A DNA stretch of 64,000 nt, from assembly GCA_051294905.1 (NCBI GenBank), contig CM119373.1, positions 34,658,001-34,722,000 of the forward strand, written 5' to 3'. Both the position numbers and the translations under genes were made by a program. This document shows positions 12,046 to 23,931 of the stretch, one piece after another (the stretch's first letter is position 1; each line of letters opens with the position of its first letter). Under the pieces are notes generated by a model, which was given only the letters and a program-made list of their open reading frames with translations, ran no database searches and was not told the DNA's origin. This DNA is from Botryllus schlosseri. Its lineage: Eukaryota.

Positions 12046-13275
12046 ATGGATAATGAAAATGAGAATAAAGAAATACAGCCAGATTTAAATCAACGGACCA
12101 TTACTGGAAGTGGTCGCGTAAGCTTCGAATGCTATATTTGCGGCATCAAGTATCAATCAAAGAAGGGATTCCAGAAGCACGTATCCAGGCACCTAAGAAA
12201 GTTTGCATGTGACTTTTGCGGGCGTGCTACATCTTCCAAATTTCAATTGAAACGTCACATGCTCGTTCACAGTGACATAAAAGAGTTTGAATGTGATGTC
12301 TGTAGAAAGGCGTTCACCCAGAAGTATAATTTGACCCGGCACATGACTATACACAGCGCCACCAAGGACTTCTTTTGTCATGTGTGCAGTAAGATGTATT
12401 CTACTGAGAAACGTTTGCAGAGGCATGTGTCTGAACACCAACAAAACTTTTCCTGTGACTTCTGCGGTCTTGCTTTTCCATACAAATGCACGTTACAACG
12501 CCACATGCTCATTCACGCCTCCATAAAAGAGTTTAAATGTGATGTCTGTGAAGAGTCCTTCACACAGAAGGCTACCTTGACCAGGCACTTGAACATTCAC
12601 ACCAATACCAGGGACTTTTTGTGTGATGTTTGCGGTAAACTCTTCTCGTTAAAACATAATCTGTATCAGCACATGGCCATCCACTCCGGTCTGAAAAAAT
12701 ATGCATGTGACCTATGCGATATGGCCTTCACATTGAGGAGCAATCTGTACAAACATATAAAGATTCATGGCGTGTCTAATACCTCAGCTGTCACATCGAG
12801 TAAGAATATCGCATGTCCTATATGTGGACTAGGTTTTGCAAGGAGCTATGGATTGCGAAGGCATTTTCTGCATATGCACCTATATCTGTACAAACATATA
12901 AAGATTCATGGCGTGTCTAATACCTCTGCTGTTTCATCGAGTAAGAATATTGCATGTCCAATATGTGGTCTCGGTTTTACGAGGAACTATGGATTGAGAA
13001 AGCACCTTCCACTGCACCTGATTGAAAAGAAGTTTCAATGCGAAATATGCGGAAGGCGTTTTTCGAGACAGGATAGTGTTCCACGACACATGAAAATCCA
13101 TTTCAACAATAATTTTGAATGTCCAGTATGTGGGATAAGCGTGTCGACTCGGGGAGCCTTGCGAAAACACTGGCTCATCCACGCGAATGAAAAGAATTTT
13201 CAATGTGAAATTTGTGGAATGGCATTCTTGAGGAAACGGAATGCCTCTGATCACATGAAAATACATTTCAAATAG
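12046..13275 (+). CDS. Tandem C2H2 zinc-finger protein, 409 aa, 13 fingers with an internal 141-bp duplication; N-class a, C-class Y
   Basis: Open ORF, ccATGG, acceptor AG at 11979-11980. Confidence 0.93.
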   Translation: MDNENENKEIQPDLNQRTITGSGRVSFECYICGIKYQSKKGFQKHVSRHLRKFACDFCGRATSSKFQLKRHMLVHSDIKEFECDVCRKAFTQKYNLTRHMTIHSATKDFFCHVCSKMYSTEKRLQRHVSEHQQNFSCDFCGLAFPYKCTLQRHMLIHASIKEFKCDVCEESFTQKATLTRHLNIHTNTRDFLCDVCGKLFSLKHNLYQHMAIHSGLKKYACDLCDMAFTLRSNLYKHIKIHGVSNTSAVTSSKNIACPICGLGFARSYGLRRHFLHMHLYLYKHIKIHGVSNTSAVSSSKNIACPICGLGFTRNYGLRKHLPLHLIEKKFQCEICGRRFSRQDSVPRHMKIHFNNNFECPVCGISVSTRGALRKHWLIHANEKNFQCEICGMAFLRKRNASDHMKIHFK

Positions 13276-14476
13276 TTCTGGTCAAGCTGCAGGTCGCTGT
13301 TCAGTCACAATATGAACAAGTGGGTTGGAAATTTCGAGTCAAGGCGAAGCAGGGTAGTGAACAAGTCGTGCGGTTCCATGCGAGAAGTCAATTAATTTGT
13401 TTCAATTATTTTGTCTCGCGTCATATTCCAGTTGCCACGGAGTCACGTCGTAGTCGGGTAGCAGAGCGTCGACTTCAAGTCGTAGGGTTAATATTCGAGT
13501 CTGAGTCCAAATCATTGCATTCAATGTTCACTTGTTCTGGGTTCATTCAAATCATATTTGAACGGTGATTTGTCATGAGTCGGGACACATTAGTGAAAAC
13601 TGTCATCGTCAGAGTGTATAACGTACATCCTTTATTATGTGCCCATCTTGTTTGTGAACGAGATAACCCAAACACAATCTGACATGTATTCTCTTACCAA
13701 CACATACCACTTCAGTTTCATCGCTATAGTCCTTTTTATGCTATCTCCTGTTGCCTTTCTTTCAGTGTGCAGGCCTCGTTTTCCAATACTTTTCAGATCT
13801 TGAATTTTTGCGACCACATTAAGTAGTCTTTGCATGTCTTGGTAATAGTTACTTGACCTACTTCTACTTGTAACTGAATACTGGTGTGTGTGTATGTGAG
13901 TGTCGTAATTTTTTATTTATGTAATTTATGCTGTAACCTGGTATAATGCCTGACCAAGGGACCAAGTTAACTGCATGCACACGGTTTTATATCATGAGTT
14001 ATTATAACCGTTATTGAATCACTTTGCGTATTTCATGCGATATCGGTAGACTTTGACACCCTGAGGAGTTTGAGTTTGTCTGTAACATGTTTTGAATGAG
14101 ACATTACCAGCATGCAATTTAGCACTGCACGCAGGTATACCTAGTAAATGGGTGGCAAACCTGTGGCCTTGGACACGTAATTCAATCTTTGAGAGCTGTA
14201 ATTGATCTAGAAATTTTCTTCACGCTGGGTGTGATTAAATGCGACATCATTTTTCAATTTTGATATAATAGCGTTCGTGACCAAATGAGAATGTGAGTCG
14301 ACTTATTCTATTATATACATAGAAATCGTTCAGAGAAATGATTATTTGTTGAATTTATAATGCCAGGTTATTCGAACTCATTCATTTTATACTGTATTCT
14401 CGCAGATAGATATAGTTTAAGGCTGATTGAATCGTCACAATATTCCGTACAATTTAATCTGTACCAACAAAGTACC

Positions 14477-15280
14477 ATGGATCGTCAAAATCAAGGAATG
14501 GAACCAAGTTTTAATTGCCAGTCAGTTACTGGAATTGGCAGTACAAGCTTAGAATGCTATTTCAGCAGCAAGATGTATTCTTCTAAGAAAGAATTGCAGA
14601 GGCATTTGTCCAGACACCAACAAGACTTTAGCTGCGACTTTTGCGGGCTTGCTTTTCAAACGAAACAACAATTAAAACGTCACATGCTCATTCACACTAA
14701 TGTGAAAGAGTTTAAATGTGATGTCTGTGGAAAGACCTTCTCCCTCAAGTGTAACCTATCTAAGCACATGAACATACACACCAACACCGAAGGATTCTTG
14801 TGTGATATTTGCGGCAAACTTTTTCCGTGGAAACATAGTCTGAATCGACACATGAACATTCACGCTGGTCTTAAAAGATATGCATGTGAGCTATGTGATA
14901 TGGCCTTCAGGTATAAGAGCAATCTGTACCGACACATGAAGGTTCATGGTGTGTCTAATACATTTGTATGTCCTATATGTGGACTAGGTTTTCCAAGGAA
15001 CTCCGGATTGACACAGCATCTTCCAGTGCACTTGAATGAAAAAAAGTTTCAATGTGAAATATGCGGAAAGGCCTTTTCGAGAAAAGATAAAGTTACAGCA
15101 CACATGAAAGTACATATCAGTGAGAATTTGGAATGTCCAGTATGCGGATTAACTTGCAGTAACTTGAAAAGTCACTTTATTTTGCATGTGAATGAAAGGA
15201 AATTTCAATGCGATGTATGCGGAAAGGCATTCTTGAGAAAAGGAGATGTGATCAGCCATATGGCAATGCATTTCAAATAG
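14477..15280 (+). CDS. Tandem C2H2 zinc-finger protein, 267 aa, 9 units (first C->S degenerate, one shortened); N-class b, C-class X
   Basis: Paralogous start accATGG at 14477 (MDRQNQ); acceptor AG at 14404-14405. Confidence 0.9.
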   Translation: MDRQNQGMEPSFNCQSVTGIGSTSLECYFSSKMYSSKKELQRHLSRHQQDFSCDFCGLAFQTKQQLKRHMLIHTNVKEFKCDVCGKTFSLKCNLSKHMNIHTNTEGFLCDICGKLFPWKHSLNRHMNIHAGLKRYACELCDMAFRYKSNLYRHMKVHGVSNTFVCPICGLGFPRNSGLTQHLPVHLNEKKFQCEICGKAFSRKDKVTAHMKVHISENLECPVCGLTCSNLKSHFILHVNERKFQCDVCGKAFLRKGDVISHMAMHFK

Positions 15281-16353
15281 CGCTACTCGAGCTGCGTGTC
15301 CATTTCTGTTCACATTTGTCAGTCGTGAAATGGAAAGTAAGACTGAAATATTCAAGTCATTTGCCGAAGCATTGATGAAGAGGGAACATTAGAAAGTTTG
15401 AATTGTGAAAACTTTTCAGACTGTTTAGCATGATACATAACACACACCAATGACGTCGGTGTGTCAAATCGAGGTTGCGCATTTCTGTCAATTTGATGAA
15501 AACGGAATCCATTCAACACCGCCATGTAGTAGAAGATACCAAAAACAAATAGTGGCGTTTCAACAGACTGAAGAACATGATCATGCAGTTTCAATAGTAT
15601 TACACTACCTACACTGCCGTGAAGTTACCAATACAAAGTTTTGACTAAGCTGTCAATCTATCTCTTTACTTAAGGTTGACTACGATAATGAACTCTGCTA
15701 GTTGGGCTACTACAAAAACAGTGTTTCATATACTTTCATTTGAGTACCAATTACTATACTTTCACCTCTTATAGCAATATGCGAATAAGTTGTTACATAG
15801 ATTAACCTGTTATAATACCTATTCAGGGTTACTGCAGGCACACGATTTTGTAACATTGAATATATCATTGAATATCAACAAGTGTTTGATGGGATATCAG
15901 CCCGTTTGAGTACCAATGACTACTTTCACCACATCTAGCAAGACGACCTATGAAGTAGCGCAACTATATATTTAAGAAATGATTTGCTACATCTCTACAA
16001 CCAGTGATAATGCTTAACCAGATTTACTGCATGCACACTATTTTATCAATGTTGATGTTGGCGAATCACTTCGAGTGTTTGATGTGATGTCTGCAGACCA
16101 TGGTCAAGATAGTCCATTCACCTTTGAAACCCTCCTTGTTTTGAACACTTCGACTGTGGGTGGCCGAATGTGGACGTGAGACGTCTTATTCAACTTGATT
16201 TATGTATGTCATACAAAGAAATGTTTCATTGCTGAATTCATGATCATGAGCAACGTGAACTCATTCCTTTTTTATTATGTTCTCACAGATTATTATAGAC
16301 TGATCTAATTGTGACGATCATCCGTATAATAGAATCTCTACCAACAACGTACA

Positions 16354-17194
16354 ATGAATCATCAAGTACAAAATGGTGAAATGGTACCATATTTGAATCA
16401 CCAGAATGTTACTATAAATGGACTCGCAAGCTCAGAATGTGATGTTAGCGGAAAGACATGTTCTTCTAAGAACGGATCACGGATGCTCGTGTCGGGAAGC
16501 CAAAGAAAACTTTCCTGTGACTTTTGCGGGCTTGCTTTTCAAACGAAACAACACTTGAAACGTCACATGCTCATTCACACTAACGTGAAAGAATTTAAAT
16601 GTGAAGTCTGTGGAAAAACTTTCGCCCGGAAGGGTAGCCTATCCGCGCACATGAACATTCACAGCGACACCAAGGACTTGTTGTGTGATATTTGCTGCAA
16701 ACTCTTTGCACTGAAACGTAGTCTGTTTCAACACATGGATATCCACGCCGGTTTAAAAAGGTATGCATGTGAGCTGTGTGAAATGGCGTTTACAGCATGG
16801 AATACTTTGTACCGACATAAAGATTCATGCTGTGTCTAATACTGTCGCTGCTGTACCAAGTAAGAATATTGTATGTCCCATATGTGGACTCGGTTTTGCG
16901 AGGAACTCCGGATTGAGACATCATCTTCCAGTGCACTTGAATGAAAAAAAGTTTCAATGTGAAATATGTGGGAAGGCGTTCTTGAGAAAGGATGACGCTG
17001 CACAACACAATAGAATACATTTCAACGATAAGATCGCATGTCCAATATGCGGATTAAGGATTTCGAGTCGCGGTACCTTCCAAAATCACATTCTCGTGCA
17101 TTATAATGAAAAGAAATTTCAATGTGAAATTTGTGGAATGGCATTCTTGAGAAAACGGAATGCCTCTGATCACATGAAAATACATTTCAAATAG
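16354..17194 (+). pseudogene. C2H2 ZNF paralog (N-class c, C-class Z) with a single 2-nt frameshift near 16818
   Basis: cgacataaagattcat versus paralogous cat-ata-aag-att-cat; two overlapping ORFs 16354-16839 and 16763-17194 join into one finger array. Confidence 0.85.
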
Positions 17195-17299
17195 TGCTGG
17201 CCAAGCTGCAAGTCGATGTCTAGTGCAGTGGTTCTTAACCTTTAGTAACCACCAAAACACTTACGCTACTCGCACCTTAGTGGAAGTAACCGCATAAGC

Positions 17300-17672
17300 T
17301 TGAAATGTGATGTTTGCACCAAAATGTGTCCCACTGAGTTAGCACTAGACTCTTTCCGTTTAGAGATAATCTGTCTCGGTAAATGGCCGCCCACACTGAT
17401 TTGAAAAGATATGAGCGTGAAGTTTGTGGCATGGCCTTTACATTGATGAAGTATCTGTATATAAAGATTCATGTTGTGCCAAATACCCTTCTGTCAAATC
17501 GTATGATAATATTGTGTGTCCCATATGTGAATTGCGTTTTACGAGGAGGCATAATTTTCAAAACCACCTTCTAGTACAAGGAAATTGAATGAATTGTCAA
17601 TTTGAAGTATGCAGAATGTCATTTTTGAGCAAATCAAATGTTTCTAGGCACTTGTAAATACATTTCAAATAG
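17300..17672 (+). pseudogene. Degenerate 5'-truncated ZNF fragment behind a solo MITE end (CAGTGGTTCTTAACC at 17226)
   Basis: Recognisable tgtgatgtttgc, ttgaaaagatatg and tgtcccatatgtg finger remnants ending catttcaaatag; paralog at 29000-29580. Confidence 0.7.
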
Positions 17673-18626
17673 CCCTGCTCCAGTGCCAGTGTTCATGGTC
17701 AGTGCAACAGTAACAAAGTGAAAAGTAGATTGGAATTTTCGATTCAACTGATAAACAAAGTTGAAGATTTAGGACAGTTCTTCCCAACCTCTTTGTCTTT
17801 GGGGATCCCTTTTGATCCGTCAAGGCAGTCCGTGCCCTCGAGTGTACATTCAAATTTAGTTCAAGTGTTCTGCAACCGTTACTACAGGCTAGTGTACTGA
17901 AAGCATTCATTTTCTTCAGTTGAAATGTATACGAAACTATGTGGAATTTTTGAAGACTTTTATTGTTTTAAAGCAAATTAACTTGATGAGATTTCTGCGA
18001 ATGCATGTCAGAAGCAATTCTTGACATATATTGTCATGTCCTTGAAAATGGCAGTCGCATATCAACTTCGTCTATTTGCCCTAACTCGGAAAATCGTAAA
18101 TTAGGTTACCAATCATATTGCAAGCATCCAACCAAGCTTTCGGTGTGACGTCGCGACCGGTGTGTGATAATTTGCAGAATTGTTTATATTTTATAAAAAA
18201 TCATTTGCCTGTATTAAGCTTTTAATACCTGATCACTCTTAATGCATGCATTCAATTTTGTATCGTTGAATGACTTCGTGTGTTTGATGTAATATCGACT
18301 GACCTATAAGTGGCTATGTTGTTATACCATTCGCCTTTGAGACCCAAGTTTCTAGTTAAGCCGTATTGTGTTTTTGGATAAATGATGCATAACCAGAACG
18401 ATAATAATTAGCAGTCGATTCGGGAATATCTGGATATCCTATTACGGATGGTCAGGGTTTATGTCCGAATGAGAATGTGCAATGGAAACCATTCTTTAAT
18501 TAATAATCATGAGCTTTTTGACCTCGTTCGTTTTGTACAGTGTTTTTAAGATAAATATCGAATTAATTTAGGACGAAACAGATTGTAATAATCACCCCGC
18601 TATTGAATCTTCACCATCGAGGTGCC

Positions 18627-19852
18627 ATGGATCAAGAAATTCCAAATACTGAAATGCAACCATGTACGAATCATCAAACAATTGCTGAATGTGGCAGGGT
18701 GGAAAGCTTTGAATGTGATGTTTGCTGCAAAATTTATCTTACTAAGATTGGATTGCAGAGGCAAGTGTCCATACACCAAAGAAAGTTTGTATGTGACTTT
18801 TTGTGAGCTTGCCTCGCCATCAAATTATCACCTTAAACAGCACATACTCATTCACGGTGAGTTTGAATGCGATGTCTATGGAAAGTCGTTCACCCGTAAG
18901 TATAATGTGACGAAACACATGACTATACACAACGATACCATGGACTTCTTTTGTGATGTTTGCGGCAAGATGTATTTTATTGAGAGAGGTTTGCAGAAGC
19001 ATGTCTCTGGACACAAACGAAAGTTTTCCTGTGACTTTTGAGGTCTTGCTCTCCCATAAAAATCTACCTTCAAACGCCACGTACTCATTCACGTCACCAT
19101 AAAAGAGTTAGAATGTGATGTCTGTGGAAAGGCGTTCACCCAAAAAGCTGGTTTGACCAAGCATATGCATGTTCACACCGGCACCAATGACTTCTTGTAC
19201 GATGTTTGCTCTTAACTGTTTTCTTCAGAACAGAATCTGTATAGACACATGAACCGTCACTGCAGTTTGAAAATATATGCGTTTGAGATTTGCGACTTGG
19301 CAGTTACCTCGAGAAACAATCTGTACGTGCATATGAAGAGGATTCATGTGCCTAAGACGTCTGCCGAGAATCACGTATGTCCCGTATGTGGACTACGTCT
19401 TGAGAGTAAAAACAACTTGCAAAAGCACCGTCTAGTGCACACGAATGAAAGGAAGTTTCAATGTGAAATATGTGGAAAGGCATTTTTGAAAAAATATCAC
19501 GTGCGAACACATGAAAGTACATTTCAACGAGAATTTCATATGTCTATTATGCGTACTAGAGGTTTCGAATCGCGGCAACATGCGAACTCACTATCTCATA
19601 CACCGTAATGAAAGGAATTTTCTGTGTGAAGTATGCGGGAAGCAATTTCTGAGACAATGTGACGTTAGACAACATGCGGAAAGGCATTTTGCATGTCCAG
19701 AATGTGGAGTAATGCTTTCGAGTCGCCTTTACTTGCGGAAACATCTTCTCGCCCACGCGAATGAAGAGAGGAAGTTTGAATGTGAAAGCCACGGAAAGTC
19801 ATTATTGGGAAAAGCGACTGCTTCTGAACACATGAGGATACATTTAAAATAG
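18627..19852 (+). pseudogene. Full-length d-class ZNF pseudogene, paralog of 36468
   Basis: MDQEIPNTEMQPC start; multiple stops and frameshifts split it into ORF pieces 18603-18806, 18622-19041, 19249-19608 and 19511-19852. Confidence 0.9.
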
Positions 19853-20171
19853 TGTTACTCAAGCTGCGTTGTCAGTCTTGGTCACTGTCCAGTCACGCAG
19901 CGGAAAGTATATTGGAATATTTGAATCCTGGATGAAACAAGGATGAAGATAACTTGGGATCATTTGAACATTTATTTGGTGCGTAGCAGATTCGGCCCGA
20001 ATCTAACCGACAGAAGCGAAGTTACAAGGGTAGAATATTTGGGATTCGAAATGATTTAAAAAGGGTGGTTCTAAAACAGGGGCGGGCAACTTCACCAGTC
20101 GGCGGATCGAATTCCTTAGTCGATACATTAATCACGGATTTATCCATCTATACGAGGAATAATTCGTATTT

Positions 20172-20448
20172 GTAGTTGTTGTTGTTCGTGGTATTCATGG
20201 TGTTTGCCGACTACTATCGTCATTAACACCAGGCCAATTTTCTTTGTTTTTACTCCGTCGCTGCCGACTTATCGCAGGGCCCACTTCTTGGCTTTTATAA
20301 GAAATCGCTTACACAGATGATATGGCGAGGAGAAGCCTAGATAAACCTTCAAGACTTCGGTCGGAATTCTGGAGTCGACCTCGCTCGGACTCGAACCCGC
20401 AACTCCATTGGTGTTGCGGCTGTGAACTATACCACCACGGTATCTCGT
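20172..20448 (-). mobile_element. tRNA-derived SINE with (AAC)n tail
   Basis: Minus-strand A-box-like TACCGTGGTGGTA and B box GGGTTCGAGTCC (20387-20398), followed by GAGGTCGACTCC and an AAC tail; paralog at 38067-38391. Confidence 0.8.
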
Positions 20449-21009
20449 AACAATAAATCTTTAATTTTAAAACATAGAGACTAAACGGAGGAAACTAATG
20501 GCACAGTCATCGATCGCAACACCAATAGAACTAGATTCGAACCCCAGCTCTGCCTTACTTCTGTGTGCAGGAGGTTTATCTAAGCTCCTTATCGTTAACC
20601 TCACTGCGATTGCAGGGTATGAATATCCCAGAGTGTTTCGATGCCTGCAGGTTGCAGCGATTTGATAAATACTATTCTGTACTACTGTGTTATATTTATA
20701 CAATATACATGCATGATTTAAATGGTATCATAATTCTTTAAATACAGTAGGAAGCTATACACTAAATTTCGTCGTTTACTTAAGTGATTGATTTCACTTT
20801 TGCTGCCAACGTTTCTGTACTATTATGTTCTACAAGACGGACACTTATACGATAGTAAAAGCAACTATGAAGCTGACACAGATTGTGTAAGTTCATTGTC
20901 GGTTGCTACTGCATAGTGTATAGTGCATGGATCATTGGATCATCATTCTTTCAGCGTAATCACACATCTTGAATTATAACAAACTAAGTACCATTTGTTG
21001 TGTCATAAC

Positions 21010-21640
21010 TAGGGCGCGTTTTTACTCAAAAAATGTCAAATTTTGACCTTAAAATCTTAATTTTGACCAAATTTGGCCTAATGTATGAAATTTAGGTGTT
21101 TTCCCACATAATTTTAGAATTTTACTACTTATCTTAATTTCTGGTTGGAAATGTCTGTCCTTTTGAAGTAGTCTGGCCTGAAAAAACTTTTCTTGCCGTA
21201 AAAACTGACAAATTTCTACATGAAAAAATGTAATTTACCAAAATCTTGCCCTCTGAAGAATTCTAGTAGTTACATTACGTATTATGATTGAAATAGTTCA
21301 TTATTTTTTGTAGGACAACGAAAGTTACTTTCCTACATTATCGGGTAGAAAGTGTCTGTCATTACTAAGTAACTTGCCAAGAATGGAGAAAGAACGTTCA
21401 ACAGCAGCAGTTATTGGCTAACAACACTGAAGTTGTGCATACACTGCAGGTGACACACTGTGTTGCTTCATTCTGACGATGTTGTCTACATCACAGTTTT
21501 TCATCATGCAATGCCCACGCAGTCTTGCTTCAGTTAGGGTATTGCGGTACGTTGAACGTAACAATATGTCCACCTATTTGTTTCATTTTGACCGTTTATG
21601 ATTCAAAATGTGCAGGCAATAGAAGAACCATGAGCTGGAG
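21010..21640 (-). mobile_element. Internally deleted hAT element with transposase C-terminal remnant; right end lost
   Basis: Starts TAGGG after GTCATAAC, the same insertion site as 38966-39778; shares the internal segment with 34764-35557 and 29742-29960. Confidence 0.7.
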
Positions 21641-21801
21641 ATAAATCGCGCGAGGCGCGAACAATTTTCCAGGTGATAGTGGCTTCCCGCCCCCTACTTT
21701 GAGAACCACTGCTATAGGGAATGGTCTTTGTCATAATTGAAATATTTTCTAAACTTCTCATCATATCATCATTGCCAAATCCTTTTCATGACGTCGCAAA
21801 T

Positions 21802-22528
21802 CTTAATCGCATAACGCTGAAAGCGGCAATTTTCGAAAATTCAATTGCAATTTGCCAAACATCCAGACCTGATTGAAGAAAACGGATAACAGTTTTGAAT
21901 TCAGCATCAAAAAGTACACTAAGAACCGTCAATACACTGATAACCTTCAAATTCAAGCAGCACAGTGTAATTTGACCGCTTTCTGTCGAAGAAAGTCTTC
22001 AATTCTTTTCGCGCTCCTGATGAATCGATTCTTCAAAAAAATTACTCCACAAAACTTGAGCACACGGCTTTTACTTTCATTTGCAATGCAATACAATCCC
22101 TTATCAGGATTTGCTGTTCACAACTTTAGATTCAGTTGTTCACAACTTTAGAGTATTCAGTCCAGTTGGAAATAGTGCATCTTAATCGCATAACTCTGAA
22201 AGAGGCACTTTTCAAAAATTCAAATGCAATTTGCCAAACATAAGAAAACGGGTAACAGTTTTAAATTCAGCATCAAAAAGTACACTAAGAACCGTCAATA
22301 CACTGATAACCTTAAAATTCACGCAGCACTGTGTAATTTAATCGCTTTCTGTTGAAGAAAATCTTTAATTCTTTTCACGCTCCTGATGAATCGATTCTTG
22401 AAAATAATTACTCCACAAAACTTGAGCACACCTCTTTTACTTCAATTTACAATGCAATACAATGCCTTCTCAGGATTTGTTGTTCACAACTTTGGATGAG
22501 TATTCAATCCAGTTGGAAATAGTGCATC
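21802..22528. repeat. Two-copy tandem repeat with a ~379-bp first unit
   Basis: CTTAATCGCATAAC...GAAATAGTGCAT unit starts at 21802 and 22181. Confidence 0.85.
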
Positions 22529-23931
22529 CGGCAATCTTTCTGCAGAAGAACAACTCATTGATTTACAAAAAACCTTGTTTTTCTTTAATCCCTGTTTCCA
22601 CAAAAATGGATGAGCTATATCTGTCTTTTTACGAATCATATACCATGGGTGGAACAGCAATCAGTATTTTACTGCCATGTCCATCTCCATGACTATGTTA
22701 AGATACCTTTTTTTATTGGAAATTTATAGCTGTAAACGTGAAAGGCAGCTTCGAATTAAAGACGAAATGCGGATATTTTTTCAACAATGCAACCACATTT
22801 TAGTCGTATATGTGTTCGTGTACCTTAGCATACCCATTATCCATTGCATTGCCACGTAATAGTTTCACAAAAAGCAACTTTCTTGTAAGTGTTCCGTGAG
22901 TGTTTTAAAACTTTTCCAGTGTGCCAACAACCCAAAAAAGTTTATGAATCATTGGTTTATACTTTGACACTAGTAAATGAATGTACACTGATATTCTGTG
23001 ACATAAATATCAGCAATTTTGGTGCGTAGCGAGATCACTCCTGCATTCATCGTTATCTTTATCCGACTAGCACGTATCAGACAACTAAAAAAAGTCATCA
23101 ACACCCAAGTGACCCGCGCGATAGTTCGAAAAACTGCATGTTACGCTTTGGCCAAAAGGGTTGGCCACCTCTGATTAGTATAAAGTTACAGCAGCTGATG
23201 TGCCAAAAAGAGCATCCCTACACCATGTGAATATTTAATTACTGTTGTGTTGTTATATTATTATTCCATAGACTAATTCATTTGTTACACGGAAATGACA
23301 TCTTATCACGACCTGACATCTATTTTGACTTCCCCCGCATGCCATATTATGTTTGTTGCTCGTTCTCTTTATGTCATCTGCTGTCACTTTTGTTTCAGTG
23401 TGCCTGCCTCTAATTTGCAGTGCTTTTGTGAAATCGAGGTTCTACATCCACTACAAGCTGTTTTGACTTGTCCTGTAAACCGCTACCACTGCTTGTAATT
23501 GAGTAGAAATTTACACCTTTACTTCTTATACTTAAGAACCAATGACTGCTTCGGTCAAATTTGTCGATACACAAGTAATCACGGAAGCATATTTATTTTT
23601 ATTTTTAGATTTATTGCATGTATCAGTCATTCAGTCAGTAATAATACCCAACCAGGTTTTGTTTCATTGAATCACTTCTCTTGCTTGACACTGTATCTGC
23701 AGACCAAATATATATTAAAGCGCTACTGTTGGTGTTTGGTACCAGACTACTTTATAACAATATGGCCGTTTGTGTTTAGAAATGATTATTTGCAGAATTA
23801 CGCTAGTAAACCCTAACCATTTGAACTCACCCATTTTATACTGTATTCTCACAGATATATATAGAGATATAATTTAAGACTGATCGAATCGTCACAGTTA
23901 TCCGTACAATATAATCTACCAACAAGTTACC

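Larger units (their letters stand above)
3844..17194 (+). repeat. ~7.5-kb tandem segmental duplication of a three-gene unit (4501/6803/8916 versus 12046/14477/16354)
   Basis: ATG offsets of 7545, 7674 and 7438 bp; same N-class order a-b-c; shared MITE insertion and near-identical spacers (e.g. 5626-6730 versus 13276-14405). Confidence 0.8.

Noticed and set aside
14360-14476. N-terminal extension of the ORF ending at 15280
   Set aside because: It runs through the branch point and acceptor region; paralogs have stops here and start at the MDRQ-type ATG
20387-20448. Possible tRNA genes (A/B boxes here and at ~38330, ~58280 and ~61300)
   Set aside because: No complete cloverleaf seen; each continues into a shared non-tRNA body and AAC tail, so these are SINE heads
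21873-23816. Short ORFs in the gap between sub-clusters
   Set aside because: No domain resemblance; they fall in tandem-repeat or AT-rich spacer DNA
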